A stretch of 64,000 bases of DNA from Leptospira sp. Lineage in GTDB: Bacteria; Spirochaetota; Leptospiria; Leptospirales; Leptospiraceae. Each line of letters opens with the position of its first letter. Within the stretch, counting starts at the first letter, position 1. The notes beneath the pieces are model-generated. The model was not told where the DNA came from. It was given only the letters and a program-made list of their open reading frames with translations, and made no database searches. Where the stretch lies: assembly GCA_034439575.1 (NCBI GenBank), contig JAWXAQ010000007.1:256001-320000 (forward strand). The letters are read 5' to 3'. Both the position numbers and the translations under genes were made by a program. Positions 1-12,698 of this stretch are shown here, one piece after another.

Positions 1-85
1 AAAAATTCATTCTAAGAAAAAAGAATACGAAACTGACTCGACAGTACAAGCTCTCTTTGTCAAATTTTTCCGTTAGAGGAATGAG

Positions 86-2053
86 ATGGCCAAAGAGAGA
101 ATCGTCCCACCAAGTACTGAATTTAAAAAACAAGCAAACATAGATTTAAAAATTTATAAAGCACGATACAAATTATCTATAGATAAACCTGAGAAATTTT
201 GGGCTGAGGAAGCTTCTCATTTAACTTGGATTAAAAAGTGGAAAAAGATACTATCGCATGACTTTGCCAAAGCTAAAGTTAAGTGGTTCGAAGGTGGTAA
301 GATCAATGTATCTGAAAATTGCCTTGATCGACATTTAAATTCTCCATTAAAAAACAAAGCAGCCATTATATGGGAAGGAGACAGTCCTGACGAAAGTCGT
401 GTATTAACTTATTTTGATTTATATCGAGAAGTTAACAAATTCGCAAATGTCTTAAAAAATCTAAAAGTAAAAAAGGGGGATCGTGTACTTATATATCTAC
501 CAATGATCCCCGAACTAGCTATTGTTACACTTGCATGTACAAGAATCGGTGCTGTCCATTCCGTAGTATTTGGTGGATTTTCTCCAGAAGCTTTACTTGG
601 TAGGATTGAAGATTCCAAGCCATCGCTAGTTATTACTGCAGATGGCGGATATCGAGGTGGCAAGACCATCGCTTTAAAAAGCAATGTCGATGCGGCATTA
701 GAAAAAACAAATGTCAAAATCAATGATGTAGTTGTTGTTAGACGAACAGGCGAAGAAGGGGCATTGAATTGGAAAGAAGGAAGAGATCATTGGTATCATT
801 TTTTAATGAAAGACAATGAAATTGCATCTTATTGTTCTCCAACGGCAATGGATTCTGAAGATCCATTGTTCATCTTATATACTTCCGGATCTACAGGAAA
901 ACCAAAAGGTGTTTTGCATACAACCGCGGGTTATTTGTTAGGTGCTAATCTAACATTCCGTTCCATATTTGATTACAAAGAAACAGATACTTTTTGGTGT
1001 ACTGCGGATATTGGATGGATCACTGGTCATAGTTATATTTTGTATGGACCACTCTCTAATGGGGCAACATCCCTTATGTTTGAAGGTGTTCCGAGTTATC
1101 CTGATTTTGGAAGATTTTGGGACGTGATCGATAAGTATGGTGTTACTATTTTTTATACAGCGCCCACTGCGATTCGAGCATTGATGCGAGAAAGTTTGGA
1201 TTTTATTCAAAAAAGATCATTAAAAACATTACGACTCTTAGGTTCCGTTGGGGAACCTATCAATCCTGAGGCATGGGAATGGTATTATAAATATATTGGA
1301 AAATCTAAATGTCCAATTGTTGATACTTGGTGGCAAACGGAAACAGGATCCATTATGATCTCTGGAGTTCCTGGCGCATTCCCACAAAAACCTGGTTCAG
1401 CAAGTTTACCATTTTACGGAGTCAGTCCAGTGTTAGTAGACAATGATGGAAAAGAAATAAAAGATAAAGGCGAAATTTCAGGAAATTTATGTATTTCTTC
1501 GCCATGGCCTTCCATGATGCGAGGTGTTTATGGAGATCCAAAACGTTTTTTTGATACTTATTTCTCCCAGTTTCCAGGTTACTATTTTACGGGCGATGGT
1601 GCCAAAAGAGATACTGATGGGTACTTTCGTATAACAGGCAGAGTCGATGATGTGCTGAATGTTTCGGGTCACCGAATTGGTTCTGCGGAAGTAGAAAGTG
1701 CACTTGTTGAACACAAATCTATAGCTGAAGCCGCAGTGGTTGGATTTCCTCATGATATAAAAGGCCAAGGAATTTATGCTTACGTGACCGTCAAACAAGG
1801 TGTAGCTTCTAATGATACTTTGAAAAAAGAACTGATCGAGATTGTAGAAAAAGTAATTGGAAAGATTGCAAGACCTGATGTGATCCATTGGGCTCCAGGA
1901 CTTCCAAAAACTCGATCTGGTAAAATTATGCGAAGAATTTTGAGAAAAATTGCCTGTGACGAATTTGATACCTTAGGTGATATTTCTACCTTAGCCGATC
2001 CAAGCGTTGTAAAAACATTAGTAGAGGATAAAAAGAAATTTCATAGCAACTAA
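86..2053 (+). CDS. acs: Acetyl-CoA synthetase (AMP-forming)
   Basis: [14 protein letters not shown]-binding loop, [10 protein letters not shown]-terminal [12 protein letters not shown]; 655 aa; AGAGGA SD upstream. Confidence 0.97.
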   Translation: MAKERIVPPSTEFKKQANIDLKIYKARYKLSIDKPEKFWAEEASHLTWIKKWKKILSHDFAKAKVKWFEGGKINVSENCLDRHLNSPLKNKAAIIWEGDSPDESRVLTYFDLYREVNKFANVLKNLKVKKGDRVLIYLPMIPELAIVTLACTRIGAVHSVVFGGFSPEALLGRIEDSKPSLVITADGGYRGGKTIALKSNVDAALEKTNVKINDVVVVRRTGEEGALNWKEGRDHWYHFLMKDNEIASYCSPTAMDSEDPLFILYTSGSTGKPKGVLHTTAGYLLGANLTFRSIFDYKETDTFWCTADIGWITGHSYILYGPLSNGATSLMFEGVPSYPDFGRFWDVIDKYGVTIFYTAPTAIRALMRESLDFIQKRSLKTLRLLGSVGEPINPEAWEWYYKYIGKSKCPIVDTWWQTETGSIMISGVPGAFPQKPGSASLPFYGVSPVLVDNDGKEIKDKGEISGNLCISSPWPSMMRGVYGDPKRFFDTYFSQFPGYYFTGDGAKRDTDGYFRITGRVDDVLNVSGHRIGSAEVESALVEHKSIAEAAVVGFPHDIKGQGIYAYVTVKQGVASNDTLKKELIEIVEKVIGKIARPDVIHWAPGLPKTRSGKIMRRILRKIACDEFDTLGDISTLADPSVVKTLVEDKKKFHSN

Positions 2054-3234
2054 AACTCAAGCTGATCAAAGGCAAAGGGCCCGATGACAAATTGGAATTC
2101 TTTTTCTATATTTTCATCGTCCCTTTGTTTCAGTAAACTTTTGTAAAGATTTGATTTTTTAGAATCTTTATCTTTAAACCAAAATTGCCCAAACAATAAA
2201 TATTCACGATTTTTTCTATATGATTGGATGTGGTCTTCGAGAATCTGATCTTTTAAATTATCTTTGTTTTTTATATCATTTACGAGTACGTCCATAGCCA
2301 ATGTTTCACGTTCCCAACCAAGATTCGCATAACTTTGTCTAAGCAAAAATAAAAATTCCCCCCAATCGCTTTTCACATTATTCTTTAGTGCGATAAAGAA
2401 TGCTCTTCTGAACATAGCAAGGGATTCCAGATTCCTTCCATTTTCTTGTAAAAAAACACCATACTGTACATAGTATCTAGTATCTTCTTTAAAAGTCACA
2501 CAAGCTAGAATGTATGCATCCTCTACCAGCGGTGATTTTTTTCCTCTTCGTGCGAGAATCAAAGTTTCATACATACCTTCCACTCGTGGAAAGAAGGGTA
2601 AGTAACGAATGACTAAATTTTCAGTCTCTTTCCATTTTTTAAGTTTTAAGTTTTTAGATAATGAGGCTTGCAATGCCTCTCCTTCTGTTTTAAAGGATGT
2701 ATCATTTTCTAAATTTTGTATGTAATTTTGGTATTGTTCTTCCTTACCAATACGCCGAGCAAGGATTGCTGATTTATAAAGGCGATCCTTATCTGTCGGA
2801 ACAATGATTAAATATCGTTCGTTATATTCTAGGGCAATATCTGGTTTTCTTTCCTTTTCATAAAAATCTGCAATTCTCAGAAGGAGGACAATTTGTTTAG
2901 GATCCGCATCCACTGAACTCCTAAAGGCATTCATAGCTTCATGGAAGTTACCCAATTTCCAATGAGCTTCTCCCGTCAAATTGTGAAACCGTGAATCTAA
3001 TTCCGGTTTGATTTCGCGAGCTTTAGCCAAAAAGGAAAATGCTTGGTTTGGGCTATCTGTTTCAATTTTCTGTTCAGCGATATTGAGCAAATGGTCATAG
3101 GTAAAGAAAAGTTTTACTGGATTTACAGGTTCTGAATAAATTCCAAAAGCAAAAAGAAATAGACTTGTTAAGAGAAGCTGCAACTGCCAATTTCTCCTTG
3201 ACCGTGATACCATGTATGGTTTCTCATCGGTCAT
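2050..3234 (-). CDS. TPR-repeat protein, probably exported
   Basis: TPR-like helices ([43 protein letters not shown]); hydrophobic N-terminal segment; start could be the second Met. Confidence 0.7.
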   Translation of the reverse strand: MTDEKPYMVSRSRRNWQLQLLLTSLFLFAFGIYSEPVNPVKLFFTYDHLLNIAEQKIETDSPNQAFSFLAKAREIKPELDSRFHNLTGEAHWKLGNFHEAMNAFRSSVDADPKQIVLLLRIADFYEKERKPDIALEYNERYLIIVPTDKDRLYKSAILARRIGKEEQYQNYIQNLENDTSFKTEGEALQASLSKNLKLKKWKETENLVIRYLPFFPRVEGMYETLILARRGKKSPLVEDAYILACVTFKEDTRYYVQYGVFLQENGRNLESLAMFRRAFFIALKNNVKSDWGEFLFLLRQSYANLGWERETLAMDVLVNDIKNKDNLKDQILEDHIQSYRKNREYLLFGQFWFKDKDSKKSNLYKSLLKQRDDENIEKEFQFVIGPFAFDQLEF

Positions 3235-3285
3235 CTTCTAAAATTACTTAGAAAATCAAAATAATCCATTCTAAAAGAGGACTTC

Positions 3286-5433
3286 ATGAATGCAGAGCTG
3301 ATCATCATCGTCATGGCTTTACTATCTATTGTCACGGCGATATTCTACGCTAGCCGAGTCGTTCGAATTAAAGTTGGCGCAGAAGGCGGCAACGTTGAAC
3401 AAAATAAACGTCTAATCGAAATTGCCGCAGCCATCTCCGAGGGAGCTATGGCTTTCCTTCTCCGCGAATACCGTGTCATTTTACTTTTTATTAGTTTTAT
3501 GACAGTTCTTATCTTCGTTTTATTAGATAATCCAAAAACTGAATTCAATGAAGGTATTTATACTTCCGTCGCATTTATCAGTGGCGCATTGATTTCTTGC
3601 TTATCCGGTTTCATTGGAATGAAAATAGCAACTGCAGGTAATGTCAGAACAGCCCAAGCGGCAAAGACATCACTTTCAGCGGCATTCCGAGTAGCTTTTG
3701 ATTCGGGTGCAGTGATGGGATTTGGGCTAATTGGATTGGCTGTGCTCGGACTCATTGGCCTATTTATGGCGTTTACTGGATTGAACGTAGGTGTTGAAAA
3801 ACACATTCTTATGGAATCACTCGCTGGATTCGGACTCGGTGGATCTTCTGTTGCACTCTTTGGTCGAGTTGGCGGTGGTATCTATACGAAGGCCGCCGAC
3901 GTGGGCGCTGATTTAGTGGGAAAAGTGGAAAAAGGCATCCCTGAAGATGATCCTCGTAACCCTGCCACCATCGCTGACAATGTCGGTGATAACGTGGGTG
4001 ATATAGCTGGTATGGGTGCTGACCTTTTTGGTTCAGCCGCAGAAGCTACTTGCGCGGCTCTAGTCATTGGTGCCACAGCATCTGCGTTAGCTGATAATAC
4101 AGCGGCTCTTCTTTATCCACTATTGATTTCTGCCATTGGAATTCCTGCTTCACTCATCACATCTTTTTTTGCACGAGTCAAAGAAAATGGAAATGTTGAG
4201 AGAGCTCTCAAATTTCAATTATGGATTTCTACATTTTTAGTAGCGATCGGTCTTTATTTTATGACTGACGTCTTTATGATTGATAGTTTTCAAATTGCTG
4301 ACCAAACAATCACTAAATGGAATGTTTATATCTCTGTATTGTTAGGTTTGTTCGCTGGTATGTTTATCGGATGGATCACTGAAATTTTTACTTCGCATTC
4401 TTATAAACCTGTTAGAGAAGTAGCTGATGCTTGTGATACTGGTGCTGCGACTAACATTATATATGGTTTAGCTCTTGGTTATAAATCATCAGTAGTTCCT
4501 GTTGTGTTACTTGTTATTGTGATCGTAGCTTCCAATTTAATTGCTGGTATGTATGGAATTGCCGTGGCTGCTATCGGTATGATTTCTACGATCGCAATCG
4601 GTCTTACTATCGATGCGTACGGACCTGTATCTGACAATGCTGGTGGTATTGCTGAGATGGCCGAACTTGGTAAAGAAGTAAGAGATCGTACAGACAATCT
4701 TGACGCTGCTGGAAATACAACGGCGGCAGTAGGTAAAGGATTTGCTATTGGTTCAGCTGCATTGACTTCACTTGCTTTATTCGCGGCGTTCATTACTAGA
4801 ACACAAGCAACTGCTAAATCAATGGGTGAAGGTGCTATTGATCTTACATCAATTGAGTTACTTGATCCTTGGGTGTTTGGTGGATTATTGTTTGGTGCTA
4901 TGTTACCATTTATTTTCTCCGCTATGACTATGAAATCTGTAGGTAAAGCAGCTTTGGATATGGTTAAGGAAGTGAGACGTCAATTCAAAGAGATTCCTGG
5001 GCTTATGGAAGGAACTGCAAAACCAGAATACGCAAAGTGCGTTGATATTTCTACATCAGCGGCCCTTCGTGAAATGATTCCTCCTGGTCTTTTAGTTTTA
5101 CTTAGTCCAATTGTTGTAGGGTATCTCTTTGGTGTGAAATCATTAGCTGGTATGTTAGCTGGTGCTCTTGTATCAGGTGTTGTTTTAGCAATATCAATGG
5201 CAAACTCTGGTGGTGCTTGGGACAATGCTAAAAAGTATATAGAAAAAATGGCAGGTGGAAAAGGTTCCGACAAACACAAAGCAGCTGTTGTTGGTGATAC
5301 TGTTGGAGATCCGTTTAAAGATACTTCAGGACCATCTATCAACATTCTCATCAAACTAATGGCCATAACTTCATTAGTATTTGCTGAATTCTTTGTGTTG
5401 AAAGGTGGGATTTTACTGCATCTTTTTAAATAA
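3286..5433 (+). CDS. hppA: Membrane-integral pyrophosphatase, K+-dependent type
   Basis: [40 protein letters not shown] motifs; many TM helices. Confidence 0.96.
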   Translation: MNAELIIIVMALLSIVTAIFYASRVVRIKVGAEGGNVEQNKRLIEIAAAISEGAMAFLLREYRVILLFISFMTVLIFVLLDNPKTEFNEGIYTSVAFISGALISCLSGFIGMKIATAGNVRTAQAAKTSLSAAFRVAFDSGAVMGFGLIGLAVLGLIGLFMAFTGLNVGVEKHILMESLAGFGLGGSSVALFGRVGGGIYTKAADVGADLVGKVEKGIPEDDPRNPATIADNVGDNVGDIAGMGADLFGSAAEATCAALVIGATASALADNTAALLYPLLISAIGIPASLITSFFARVKENGNVERALKFQLWISTFLVAIGLYFMTDVFMIDSFQIADQTITKWNVYISVLLGLFAGMFIGWITEIFTSHSYKPVREVADACDTGAATNIIYGLALGYKSSVVPVVLLVIVIVASNLIAGMYGIAVAAIGMISTIAIGLTIDAYGPVSDNAGGIAEMAELGKEVRDRTDNLDAAGNTTAAVGKGFAIGSAALTSLALFAAFITRTQATAKSMGEGAIDLTSIELLDPWVFGGLLFGAMLPFIFSAMTMKSVGKAALDMVKEVRRQFKEIPGLMEGTAKPEYAKCVDISTSAALREMIPPGLLVLLSPIVVGYLFGVKSLAGMLAGALVSGVVLAISMANSGGAWDNAKKYIEKMAGGKGSDKHKAAVVGDTVGDPFKDTSGPSINILIKLMAITSLVFAEFFVLKGGILLHLFK

Positions 5434-5459
5434 ATAAGAAACTTTTATTTATCTAATTT

Positions 5460-5489
5460 GAAAGCCGGACATTTAGTTCGGCTTTTTTT
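5460..5489. terminator. Intrinsic terminator between convergent hppA and Ig-like gene, possibly bidirectional
   Basis: aaagccgga-catttag-ttcggcttttttt stem-loop with T-tract on + strand and A-run on the other side. Confidence 0.75.
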
Positions 5490-5922
5490 ATTGCGTGGTA
5501 AATCGAAATATATAATCTGTTCCGAGAGTTTCTGTGGTCGTTGATTTTATCGCTGATCTTAATGTAATGCTATAACTAGAATTTGCATCAAAGATTGTAC
5601 TGGGTCTTAAAGTAAGAACTCGATTATTTGTCGTGGCTGTTAGACTAGTAATGGTATTTGCCGTTGGTTGCGAAAAAGAAATATTACCCGATATAGAACT
5701 GTTATCCAAGTTTTTTGAAAATGTGATAGAGATATTTGTATTTCGATTAACATTTGTTTCATTGTTAGTGGGACTTGTGCTTGAAACTTCAAAAGCTGTG
5801 ACTTCTGTAGCAGCAGGCAATGCGAGAACACCCAATACAAATGGTTCGGGTTTAGGTGTGCATGATATTTGATAGGCGCATAGAAAAGTGAGGAATATAG
5901 AACTAAAGTATCTGAGATTCAT
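5488..5922 (-). CDS. Lipoprotein with bacterial Ig-like (Big_5/SbsA-type) domain
   Basis: Lipobox-like QISC; 'VSSTSPTNNETNVNRNTNISITFSKNLD...LTLRPS...YSITL...FRFTT' is typical Big_5. Confidence 0.8.
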   Translation of the reverse strand: MNLRYFSSIFLTFLCAYQISCTPKPEPFVLGVLALPAATEVTAFEVSSTSPTNNETNVNRNTNISITFSKNLDNSSISGNISFSQPTANTITSLTATTNNRVLTLRPSTIFDANSSYSITLRSAIKSTTTETLGTDYIFRFTTQ

Positions 5923-5951
5923 AATTCGCGATCGCCTATACTATTTTACGA

Positions 5952-6251
5952 CTAATTTCCCTTAATTACAGTGCAAAGTTTTGCATAAATTCCAAAAAAG
6001 CTGAATGAATATTGATCAATGGCAAATATTTTATCAATGGAATAGTCCGATTGGACTAATTGCGAACTGGCATCGCCCCAAGCAACTAAACCGAGAACAG
6101 AATGTGCACATGCCTGTCCTTGTTTAATCGATTTCTGACCGGTAGAATAAAGGGATAATGTAGATTCGTTAAATAACAAACCATGAGGTCCAGATCCGCT
6201 ACTAGCACAGGACAATACGAAAATTCCTATCGTAAGAATGAGTTTATGCAT
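5952..6251 (-). CDS. TRL-like family lipoprotein
   Basis: Lipobox VLSC; G-x-A-C-x-x-S-x-L-G-L-x-A-x-GDAS and terminal CTVIKG. Confidence 0.8.
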   Translation of the reverse strand: MHKLILTIGIFVLSCASSGSGPHGLLFNESTLSLYSTGQKSIKQGQACAHSVLGLVAWGDASSQLVQSDYSIDKIFAIDQYSFSFFGIYAKLCTVIKGN

Positions 6252-6489
6252 TCAATTCTTTATCTAAAAGTTTTGATAGTTGGTTTTGCAATTGAATTAT
6301 TTCATCTAGAATTTTATGAATTTGATTCTCTTTCCTCTCAATTTCATTTTGAATCGCACTGATATCTTTTATTTTCTTTTTCGTTTTTTGATTTTGGTAA
6401 CTTGTGAGTTTTTGATTGAGAGATTCATACAATTCTCCGGATTTTAAATGTTTTGAAAACTCCAATAAGTTATCAAAGTCTTTGCTCAT
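6244..6489 (-). CDS. Small coiled-coil hypothetical protein
   Basis: 81 aa with heptad-like Q/K/E/I/L pattern; overlaps both neighbours by 4-8 nt. Confidence 0.6.
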   Translation of the reverse strand: MSKDFDNLLEFSKHLKSGELYESLNQKLTSYQNQKTKKKIKDISAIQNEIERKENQIHKILDEIIQLQNQLSKLLDKELNA

Positions 6490-6806
6490 ATACCTGTTAC
6501 TTTAGTACAATATTCCTGAATGAAAAAATATTGAGTCTTCACAGATTGATTGATTGTATATAACTCTTTAATATGAGCCTGCTGTTGTGCAAGGTCAGCG
6601 CTAGCATCACCATAAGAAAATAGTCCAAAATAACTCGTGATACAACTTTCTCCGATGATAGAAACTGAACGATTTGAAATTGATTTTCCATAAATTCCAA
6701 GTTCGGCTTTATTTTTATAAAAGGTTAAACTAGGATTTCCAAATTGAATGCTTAAACAATTTATAATGAGGAAGAAACTAGTTAATACAAAAAAGAAAAT
6801 TTTCAT
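6486..6806 (-). CDS. TRL-like family lipoprotein (start re-called to ATG at 6806)
   Basis: MKIFFFVLTSFFLIINC signal/lipobox; GESCITSYFGLFSYGDAS ... EYCTKVTG. Confidence 0.75.
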   Translation of the reverse strand: MKIFFFVLTSFFLIINCLSIQFGNPSLTFYKNKAELGIYGKSISNRSVSIIGESCITSYFGLFSYGDASADLAQQQAHIKELYTINQSVKTQYFFIQEYCTKVTGI

Positions 6807-6816
6807 ACGATGAAAT

Positions 6817-7701
6817 TTATTCTGTAATCTTTTTTTCCTGATCAATGGTTGTAGTAGGATCTTTCTTAGTTGAAGATTCAGTGCTTCCAGTTTCAAAGAA
6901 ATAAAAATAGGAAATTCGTATCCCTCTATCCATTGCATTATCATTTTTCGCAAGTAAACTAAATAGTAAGGAAACACTCATAGTTCCCGATGAATCGGAT
7001 TTATATGAGATACCAGGATAAAAATTTAAAAATCTTGTTCGTGAATCAATTAACTTATCGAAAGGTTCACGGTATTCAAATTCGGTAAAAGCACGAAAAC
7101 TGGGGCTTAACTCTACTGATGGAGCAATACCAAATTGATAGTACCTTCTAAATTCTTCTAAATTTCCTTCGCGAAAGGAACGATTTGTTTCTGTTTGGAA
7201 TCTGAACTCGGTCATCACTTCGAATCGACCATTTTTATATCCGATTCCGAAATTTGGTCTTACTAAATAGTAATCCGGATTTTCTCGTTCACGAATCTCC
7301 GAGTTTCTTCTTTTGTCATAGAGACGAATTCCACCACCAACTAACAATTGCGAAGAACCAAAGTCAAAAACTTTGCCGTATTTTAATCCAAAATTCCATC
7401 GGTCCCAAGTTGTTTCAGGCATCGCATCTGAAATCGAATAATTATTTCTGCCAATCGAACTTGTCGCAGAAAAATTGTTCCAAAAAATATATTCACCTTC
7501 TACTTGGAAATTTCTGTTTTGTTCATATACACCCAAATATCTTTTATCCCAGTAAGAAAAGTCACCGCGAATTTTTTTATAAACTGCTACTGGCTCAATT
7601 TGAAGCGGGTGAGCAAAGTTAGAATTTGTCTGACTCATTATAGAGGAAGAAAAACAGATTGATATAAAAAATATAGATAGTAAATTAAAAATTAAATTCA
7701 T
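6817..7701 (-). CDS. Hypothetical exported protein, probable outer-membrane beta-barrel
   Basis: Signal peptide; alternating aromatic/polar strands (WNFGLKYG, NFGIGYK, GIRISYFYFF). Confidence 0.55.
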   Translation of the reverse strand: MNLIFNLLSIFFISICFSSSIMSQTNSNFAHPLQIEPVAVYKKIRGDFSYWDKRYLGVYEQNRNFQVEGEYIFWNNFSATSSIGRNNYSISDAMPETTWDRWNFGLKYGKVFDFGSSQLLVGGGIRLYDKRRNSEIRERENPDYYLVRPNFGIGYKNGRFEVMTEFRFQTETNRSFREGNLEEFRRYYQFGIAPSVELSPSFRAFTEFEYREPFDKLIDSRTRFLNFYPGISYKSDSSGTMSVSLLFSLLAKNDNAMDRGIRISYFYFFETGSTESSTKKDPTTTIDQEKKITE

Positions 7702-8552
7702 TGGCCAATACCTGTAATTGGTGAAATTAAAGTGCTGAGTTGATTGCCTAATATTTGAAAACCTAAATTATTTGGATGTATACAATCTAACATATATTGT
7801 GCATTTGATGCTGGGGGCCCGCCTAATGTTCGTCTCATATCAACATAATAGAAAGTCGGTTCTTCTGAGGTAATTGATTTAAGCATAGTGTTGAATGCAT
7901 CCAATGTTGATTGGGAAATGGATTCTGCTTCCGTTGCTGTAAAACCAGCGGATACATAGCTAGCCTTACAACCATAAGTCAAACCAGTGACGAGTGGTGG
8001 CATATTTATATTTGCGTAATCATAACCATGCATGACCCATTTCAAAGGTGATCCACCATATTTAGAAATTTTGTATGCATTTCCTGTTTGGATGATATTT
8101 TTAATTTGAGCTTTTAATTTATTGAGTCTAGATGTTCTAACGGAATCTAACTGATTATAGTAATCACTAACATTTGTAAGCAAATCATTTCCACCTAAAG
8201 AAAGTAACATTACGCTCACACTCGGGCCAGTTTGATCTATTACTTGATAATGCAATCCTTGACTAATCGCATCGTCTAAGGTTCTTCCGCCGAGTGTGGC
8301 CCCTGTAATATTATAACTATGATTTTTTTCTAATTGGACACGTAACGTATCAACTAATGGATAACCGACGAGCAAATCTGTCCAACTATCACCGATCATA
8401 CCAATTCTTGCAGGCGTTTGACCGTTGCATGCAGCAAATGAATAACAAAAAACACTAAGAGTAATGTCATCAAAATATGATTTTTTAGTATCACAGTTTG
8501 AGACTGCTAAACTCAAAAATAATAGTATTAAAAAATTTTCAATTTTTCTCAT
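7698..8552 (-). CDS. SGNH/GDSL hydrolase lipoprotein
   Basis: Lipobox VSNC; block I GDSW, block III GGND, block V DCIHPN. Confidence 0.88.
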   Translation of the reverse strand: MRKIENFLILLFLSLAVSNCDTKKSYFDDITLSVFCYSFAACNGQTPARIGMIGDSWTDLLVGYPLVDTLRVQLEKNHSYNITGATLGGRTLDDAISQGLHYQVIDQTGPSVSVMLLSLGGNDLLTNVSDYYNQLDSVRTSRLNKLKAQIKNIIQTGNAYKISKYGGSPLKWVMHGYDYANINMPPLVTGLTYGCKASYVSAGFTATEAESISQSTLDAFNTMLKSITSEEPTFYYVDMRRTLGGPPASNAQYMLDCIHPNNLGFQILGNQLSTLISPITGIGQ

Positions 8553-8553
8553 G

Positions 8554-9819
8554 TTAGTTTTTAACCTTTCTAAAATGATAATCCATAATAACTGATGCTG
8601 TTAGATCTCCACTCAGATTGATAGCAGTTCTACACATATCCAAAAGTCGGTCTACTCCAAAAATTATAGCAATTCCTTCAATGGGAATGTTAAAACTTTG
8701 GAGTATAGAACCGAGAATGACAATCCCGACACCAGGTGTAGCAGCCGTTCCAATAGACGCTCCTGTAACAGTGATTAAGAGCAAAATCAATTGAAAAAAA
8801 GTAAATTCGATATTGTAAACTTGAGCAATAAAAATTGTCGCCACAGCTTGGTAAAGAGCAGTTCCATCCATATTGATCGTAGCGCCAAGAGGTAAAACAA
8901 AATCAGCAATCTTATGTTGAATATGCAATTTTTCTTTAGCCACTTTCAATGAAATAGGTAACACGGAACTAGAACTTGAAGTGGAAAATCCCAATATCTG
9001 AACTTCTTTGATTGCAATTATAAAATCGCGAGGTTTTCTTTTTGCAAAAAGGTATGCGAACAAAAGATAAACGCAATACATTATTAATAATCCAATAATA
9101 ACTGTTAGAACATAGAAGAAAAGACCGGAGAGTAGCGATACGCCTATTTGAGTGATAGCATAACACATAAGTCCAAATACGGCAAGTGGAGCAATACGCA
9201 TTGCAATATTTACTACCCAGATACAGAAAGATTCAATGGAAGTTAGTAATGATTTTAGTGGAGCAGATTTGACTTGGTCGGATGCTAGAAAAAATATTCC
9301 TAATAAAATTCCAAGAAGAACAAGAGATAACATCTGTTGATCTAAAATAGATTTGATTATGTTTTTTGGGACTATATTTGCTATTAATTGAGGTATAGAA
9401 GGAGATTTTTCATTCCCAGAAAGTTTTTCAGATATAAATTCTGTTTTTATCTCTTTAGGGCTAGTTATATAAGATCCTGGCTTTATTGTTACAGCCAAAC
9501 CAATTCCAATAGATATAGCAATGAAGGTTGTAAATACAAAATAAATCATAGTCTTTGAACCTAAATTGAATAATTCATTAAGGCTGGATAAACTTGAAAC
9601 ACCTAATGCTACCGAGGCGATAACTAGGGGAACCATAATCATTTGCAATAAGTTTAAAAAAATATCTCCTGGCAAACGAAACCATGGAATGTACAGAGAA
9701 CTGGTTTCTTTATTTAAAATTCCGGAATCAGGATGAAATATCAAACCCATCAAACTTCCCAAAAAAAACGAAATTAAAATAAGCATCCAGAAGGGCAGTA
9801 GTTTAGTTCTCATAACCAA
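8554..9819 (-). CDS. Dicarboxylate/amino acid:cation symporter (DAACS, GltP-like)
   Basis: FSTSSSSSVLP, PLGATINMDGTALY, DRLLDMCRTAINLSGD. Confidence 0.93.
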   Translation of the reverse strand: MVMRTKLLPFWMLILISFFLGSLMGLIFHPDSGILNKETSSLYIPWFRLPGDIFLNLLQMIMVPLVIASVALGVSSLSSLNELFNLGSKTMIYFVFTTFIAISIGIGLAVTIKPGSYITSPKEIKTEFISEKLSGNEKSPSIPQLIANIVPKNIIKSILDQQMLSLVLLGILLGIFFLASDQVKSAPLKSLLTSIESFCIWVVNIAMRIAPLAVFGLMCYAITQIGVSLLSGLFFYVLTVIIGLLIMYCVYLLFAYLFAKRKPRDFIIAIKEVQILGFSTSSSSSVLPISLKVAKEKLHIQHKIADFVLPLGATINMDGTALYQAVATIFIAQVYNIEFTFFQLILLLITVTGASIGTAATPGVGIVILGSILQSFNIPIEGIAIIFGVDRLLDMCRTAINLSGDLTASVIMDYHFRKVKN

Positions 9820-9854
9820 ACAATTAAGATATGAGTATGAACTGTAAATCTAAT

Positions 9855-12698
9855 TTAATAAGCGATATAGAGTTGAAAGAGTTCTATTTTTTGTTGTATA
9901 CGGGCTCCATTTTTTATTTTCCGAATTTCAATTTCAAATTCTTCTTTGGCTTTTTGAATTTCTTTCATCGTTCTATGTAGAACCGCTTTTTTTTCTGGAC
10001 GGTTGTCCCATTTATAAGCCGCTTCTTGTCGCATCAATTTTTCTTCTAATTGGCGAATCATTTTCTGATGAGAAAGTTCTACTTTGTATTCTTCTTTTTG
10101 AAAAATAGATAAAGTTTCTTTTCCTAAAACTTCCTTTCGATTCTCTACCTCTTTTAAAATTTGCGGATAACTTTGAATAAATGCTGTTTCAATTTTACTT
10201 AATGAAAGTTCCTTTTCAGGTAAGTAGGTTTTTGCTTCACTCCACTCTTTTCCAATTTCAGATACCATTAAAATTGAATTGCTTTCTAAATCGTATTCCC
10301 AAAAGAAAAGTTCTCTTCGTTTTAAAGAAAATTGAAATTCAACAAGATAAACAAATAGAATTTTGTCTTTTAGTGTATTAGAATATACATATTTCTTTCG
10401 ATTTCCAATTTCGGAAGATGTTAGAAGTTCTGTAACTTTTTCAACATAAGGATGACCAAATGCCATAAATTCAAGAGAATCATTTGTGAGTGCTAAGTCA
10501 GAATCAAAAGTAGCAATTTTTGATTTACCTTCAAGATTAGTATACTCGTAGACATGAGGTTTAGTTAGTTGTAAGGTGCCTGGTAATTGACCTGGAAAAA
10601 ACTTTGAACCAGCGGTAACAATTTCTTCCAAATGTTGGTTATTCCATTCTCTTTCATCTTGGGTGTGATCATAATAATCTTTTAAATTGAAATCGAGAAG
10701 TTTAGGTGTAACAAGAGAATTTAATTTTTCAAAACCCTTTTGGGCAACTTGAATACGAATATCCAATTCCGAATCCATTTCTTCTTTTGTTTTTGTGCCA
10801 GTAATAAAATGCATAAAACTGGAATTAAAATCTAACTCTTCTTCGATAGTTCCGAGCAATTCATCTGAAGCACCAATGGATTCTTCAAATAATTTTATTT
10901 TGTTTGTGAGTACTTCGAGAATTCTTTCGGCGACAGTATCTTTCGAGGCAAAATTAAAAATATAAACATTATCCTTTTGCCCAAACCGATGGATTCTGCC
11001 AATGCGTTGTTCAATTTTCAGAGGGCTCCAAGGAAGGTCATAATTAAAAAGTATATTGGCAAATTGTAAATTTCTACCTTCGCCACCGGCTTCAGTACAA
11101 ATTAAAATCTCATAATCTTCTTTGAATCGTTGTATGGCTTTTTCTTTATCATCCATGCTAAGAGAGCCATGAAAGGATGAAATTTTAAATTCATGTTCGA
11201 GTATAGATTGAATGTGATCTTGTGTTGTACGAAATTGAGTGAAGATAATAAATTTTTTGTGACCCTCTTTTTTTAGTTTTGCGAGAGTTTCTTTTAGCTT
11301 TTGAGACTTTCTATCTTCTTTGATTTGTTTTCCTAAGTGTATCAATCGATTTAGGGTAAATAACTCTCGTTTGATTCGCTGAAAATTTGACATTTCAGAT
11401 TCATCAAGTTCTATCAAAAAATCTTCCACACCTTCAGTTTCATCCAAATCCCAATCATCAACGGTCACTTCATTTTCTTTCATGTAATGGAATTTTGTTT
11501 CTAACATGAATTTTCTTTTTTGAAGAGCAGATAATAGCGCTATTACGGAAGAATCTAACAATTTTTGGAAAACTATCATAACAAAACCTACGGCTCTGTT
11601 TTTTGTTCCCATTGCTAGATTGTATTCACGTTTTACATAATCGGTGGTCTCATCATAAAACTGACGTTCAATGGGTGATAAATCAATTCTTACTGTTTTC
11701 GCAAATCTTTTGGTAAATCCACCAACTTCAACTTTACGACGTCTGAGTAATACTTTGGAAATTTTTTCCTTTAAATCAGTTTTACCACCGACTATATAAT
11801 CATTTACAAAGGTATGATAAGGTCCGAGAATATTTGGATCTACCAAGTGGAGTAAATAGAATAATTCTTCTAATTTTCCGCGGAAAGGTGTAGCTGTTAA
11901 TAATAATAGGCACTCGGTTTTTCGAGATATTTTTTCTGCGAAAAGATAACTTCTAGTGACTTTGGAATAATCTCTTCTCAGACGGTGTGCTTCGTCGAAT
12001 ACAACAATGTCCCATTTTACTTTTAAGATTTCTTCAGCATATTTTGGATTTTTAATAAAATCAATCGATGTGATAACCTTATTAAAATTTCTCCAATGCC
12101 CTTCACCATTGGTGATAAAATTTCTTCTACGAATGATTTCAAAATCTTCATTGAATTTATTTTTCATTTCCTGTTGCCACTGAACAAGGAGAGGCGAAGG
12201 AGTTACGACCAATACTTTTTTTAATCCACGTCGAAATATAAGTTCTTTAACAGCAAGCCCAGCTTCAATCGTTTTGCCGAGACCAACTTCATCTGCGAGA
12301 ATGAATCTTGGTTTTAAACTATTAGCAACTATGAAAGTAGATTCTATTTGGTGAGGTAGTAGTCTTGTGCGAGAATTTGAAAGAGAAGAAAGTTTATTAA
12401 AGTTATGAGTTCGTTTGAGTTGATGTGCTATGAGTGCAATCTCCATTGCGCGTGGAAATTCTTCCCATTGTTGCAAAGCGTTTGGATAATTCGGGAGTAA
12501 GATTAAGTTAACATTTGTTTTATTTACAGTTTTGAATAATTCTTTTGAAGGAAAATATAGTTCAAAAGTTCCATTAATTTCTTTTAATATTTTTGCGAAT
12601 CCTAAATCTGCTTCATTCGATAGAAAAGCATATTCATTGTTAAATTTTGTGATTTGAATCGTTTCGAAATCTAAACTTAATTGCGTAGGGATTTCCAT
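9855..12698 (-). CDS. SNF2/RapA-like SF2 helicase/ATPase
   Basis: [10 protein letters not shown] (Walker A), [32 protein letters not shown]. Confidence 0.92.
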   Translation of the reverse strand: MEIPTQLSLDFETIQITKFNNEYAFLSNEADLGFAKILKEINGTFELYFPSKELFKTVNKTNVNLILLPNYPNALQQWEEFPRAMEIALIAHQLKRTHNFNKLSSLSNSRTRLLPHQIESTFIVANSLKPRFILADEVGLGKTIEAGLAVKELIFRRGLKKVLVVTPSPLLVQWQQEMKNKFNEDFEIIRRRNFITNGEGHWRNFNKVITSIDFIKNPKYAEEILKVKWDIVVFDEAHRLRRDYSKVTRSYLFAEKISRKTECLLLLTATPFRGKLEELFYLLHLVDPNILGPYHTFVNDYIVGGKTDLKEKISKVLLRRRKVEVGGFTKRFAKTVRIDLSPIERQFYDETTDYVKREYNLAMGTKNRAVGFVMIVFQKLLDSSVIALLSALQKRKFMLETKFHYMKENEVTVDDWDLDETEGVEDFLIELDESEMSNFQRIKRELFTLNRLIHLGKQIKEDRKSQKLKETLAKLKKEGHKKFIIFTQFRTTQDHIQSILEHEFKISSFHGSLSMDDKEKAIQRFKEDYEILICTEAGGEGRNLQFANILFNYDLPWSPLKIEQRIGRIHRFGQKDNVYIFNFASKDTVAERILEVLTNKIKLFEESIGASDELLGTIEEELDFNSSFMHFITGTKTKEEMDSELDIRIQVAQKGFEKLNSLVTPKLLDFNLKDYYDHTQDEREWNNQHLEEIVTAGSKFFPGQLPGTLQLTKPHVYEYTNLEGKSKIATFDSDLALTNDSLEFMAFGHPYVEKVTELLTSSEIGNRKKYVYSNTLKDKILFVYLVEFQFSLKRRELFFWEYDLESNSILMVSEIGKEWSEAKTYLPEKELSLSKIETAFIQSYPQILKEVENRKEVLGKETLSIFQKEEYKVELSHQKMIRQLEEKLMRQEAAYKWDNRPEKKAVLHRTMKEIQKAKEEFEIEIRKIKNGARIQQKIELFQLYIAY

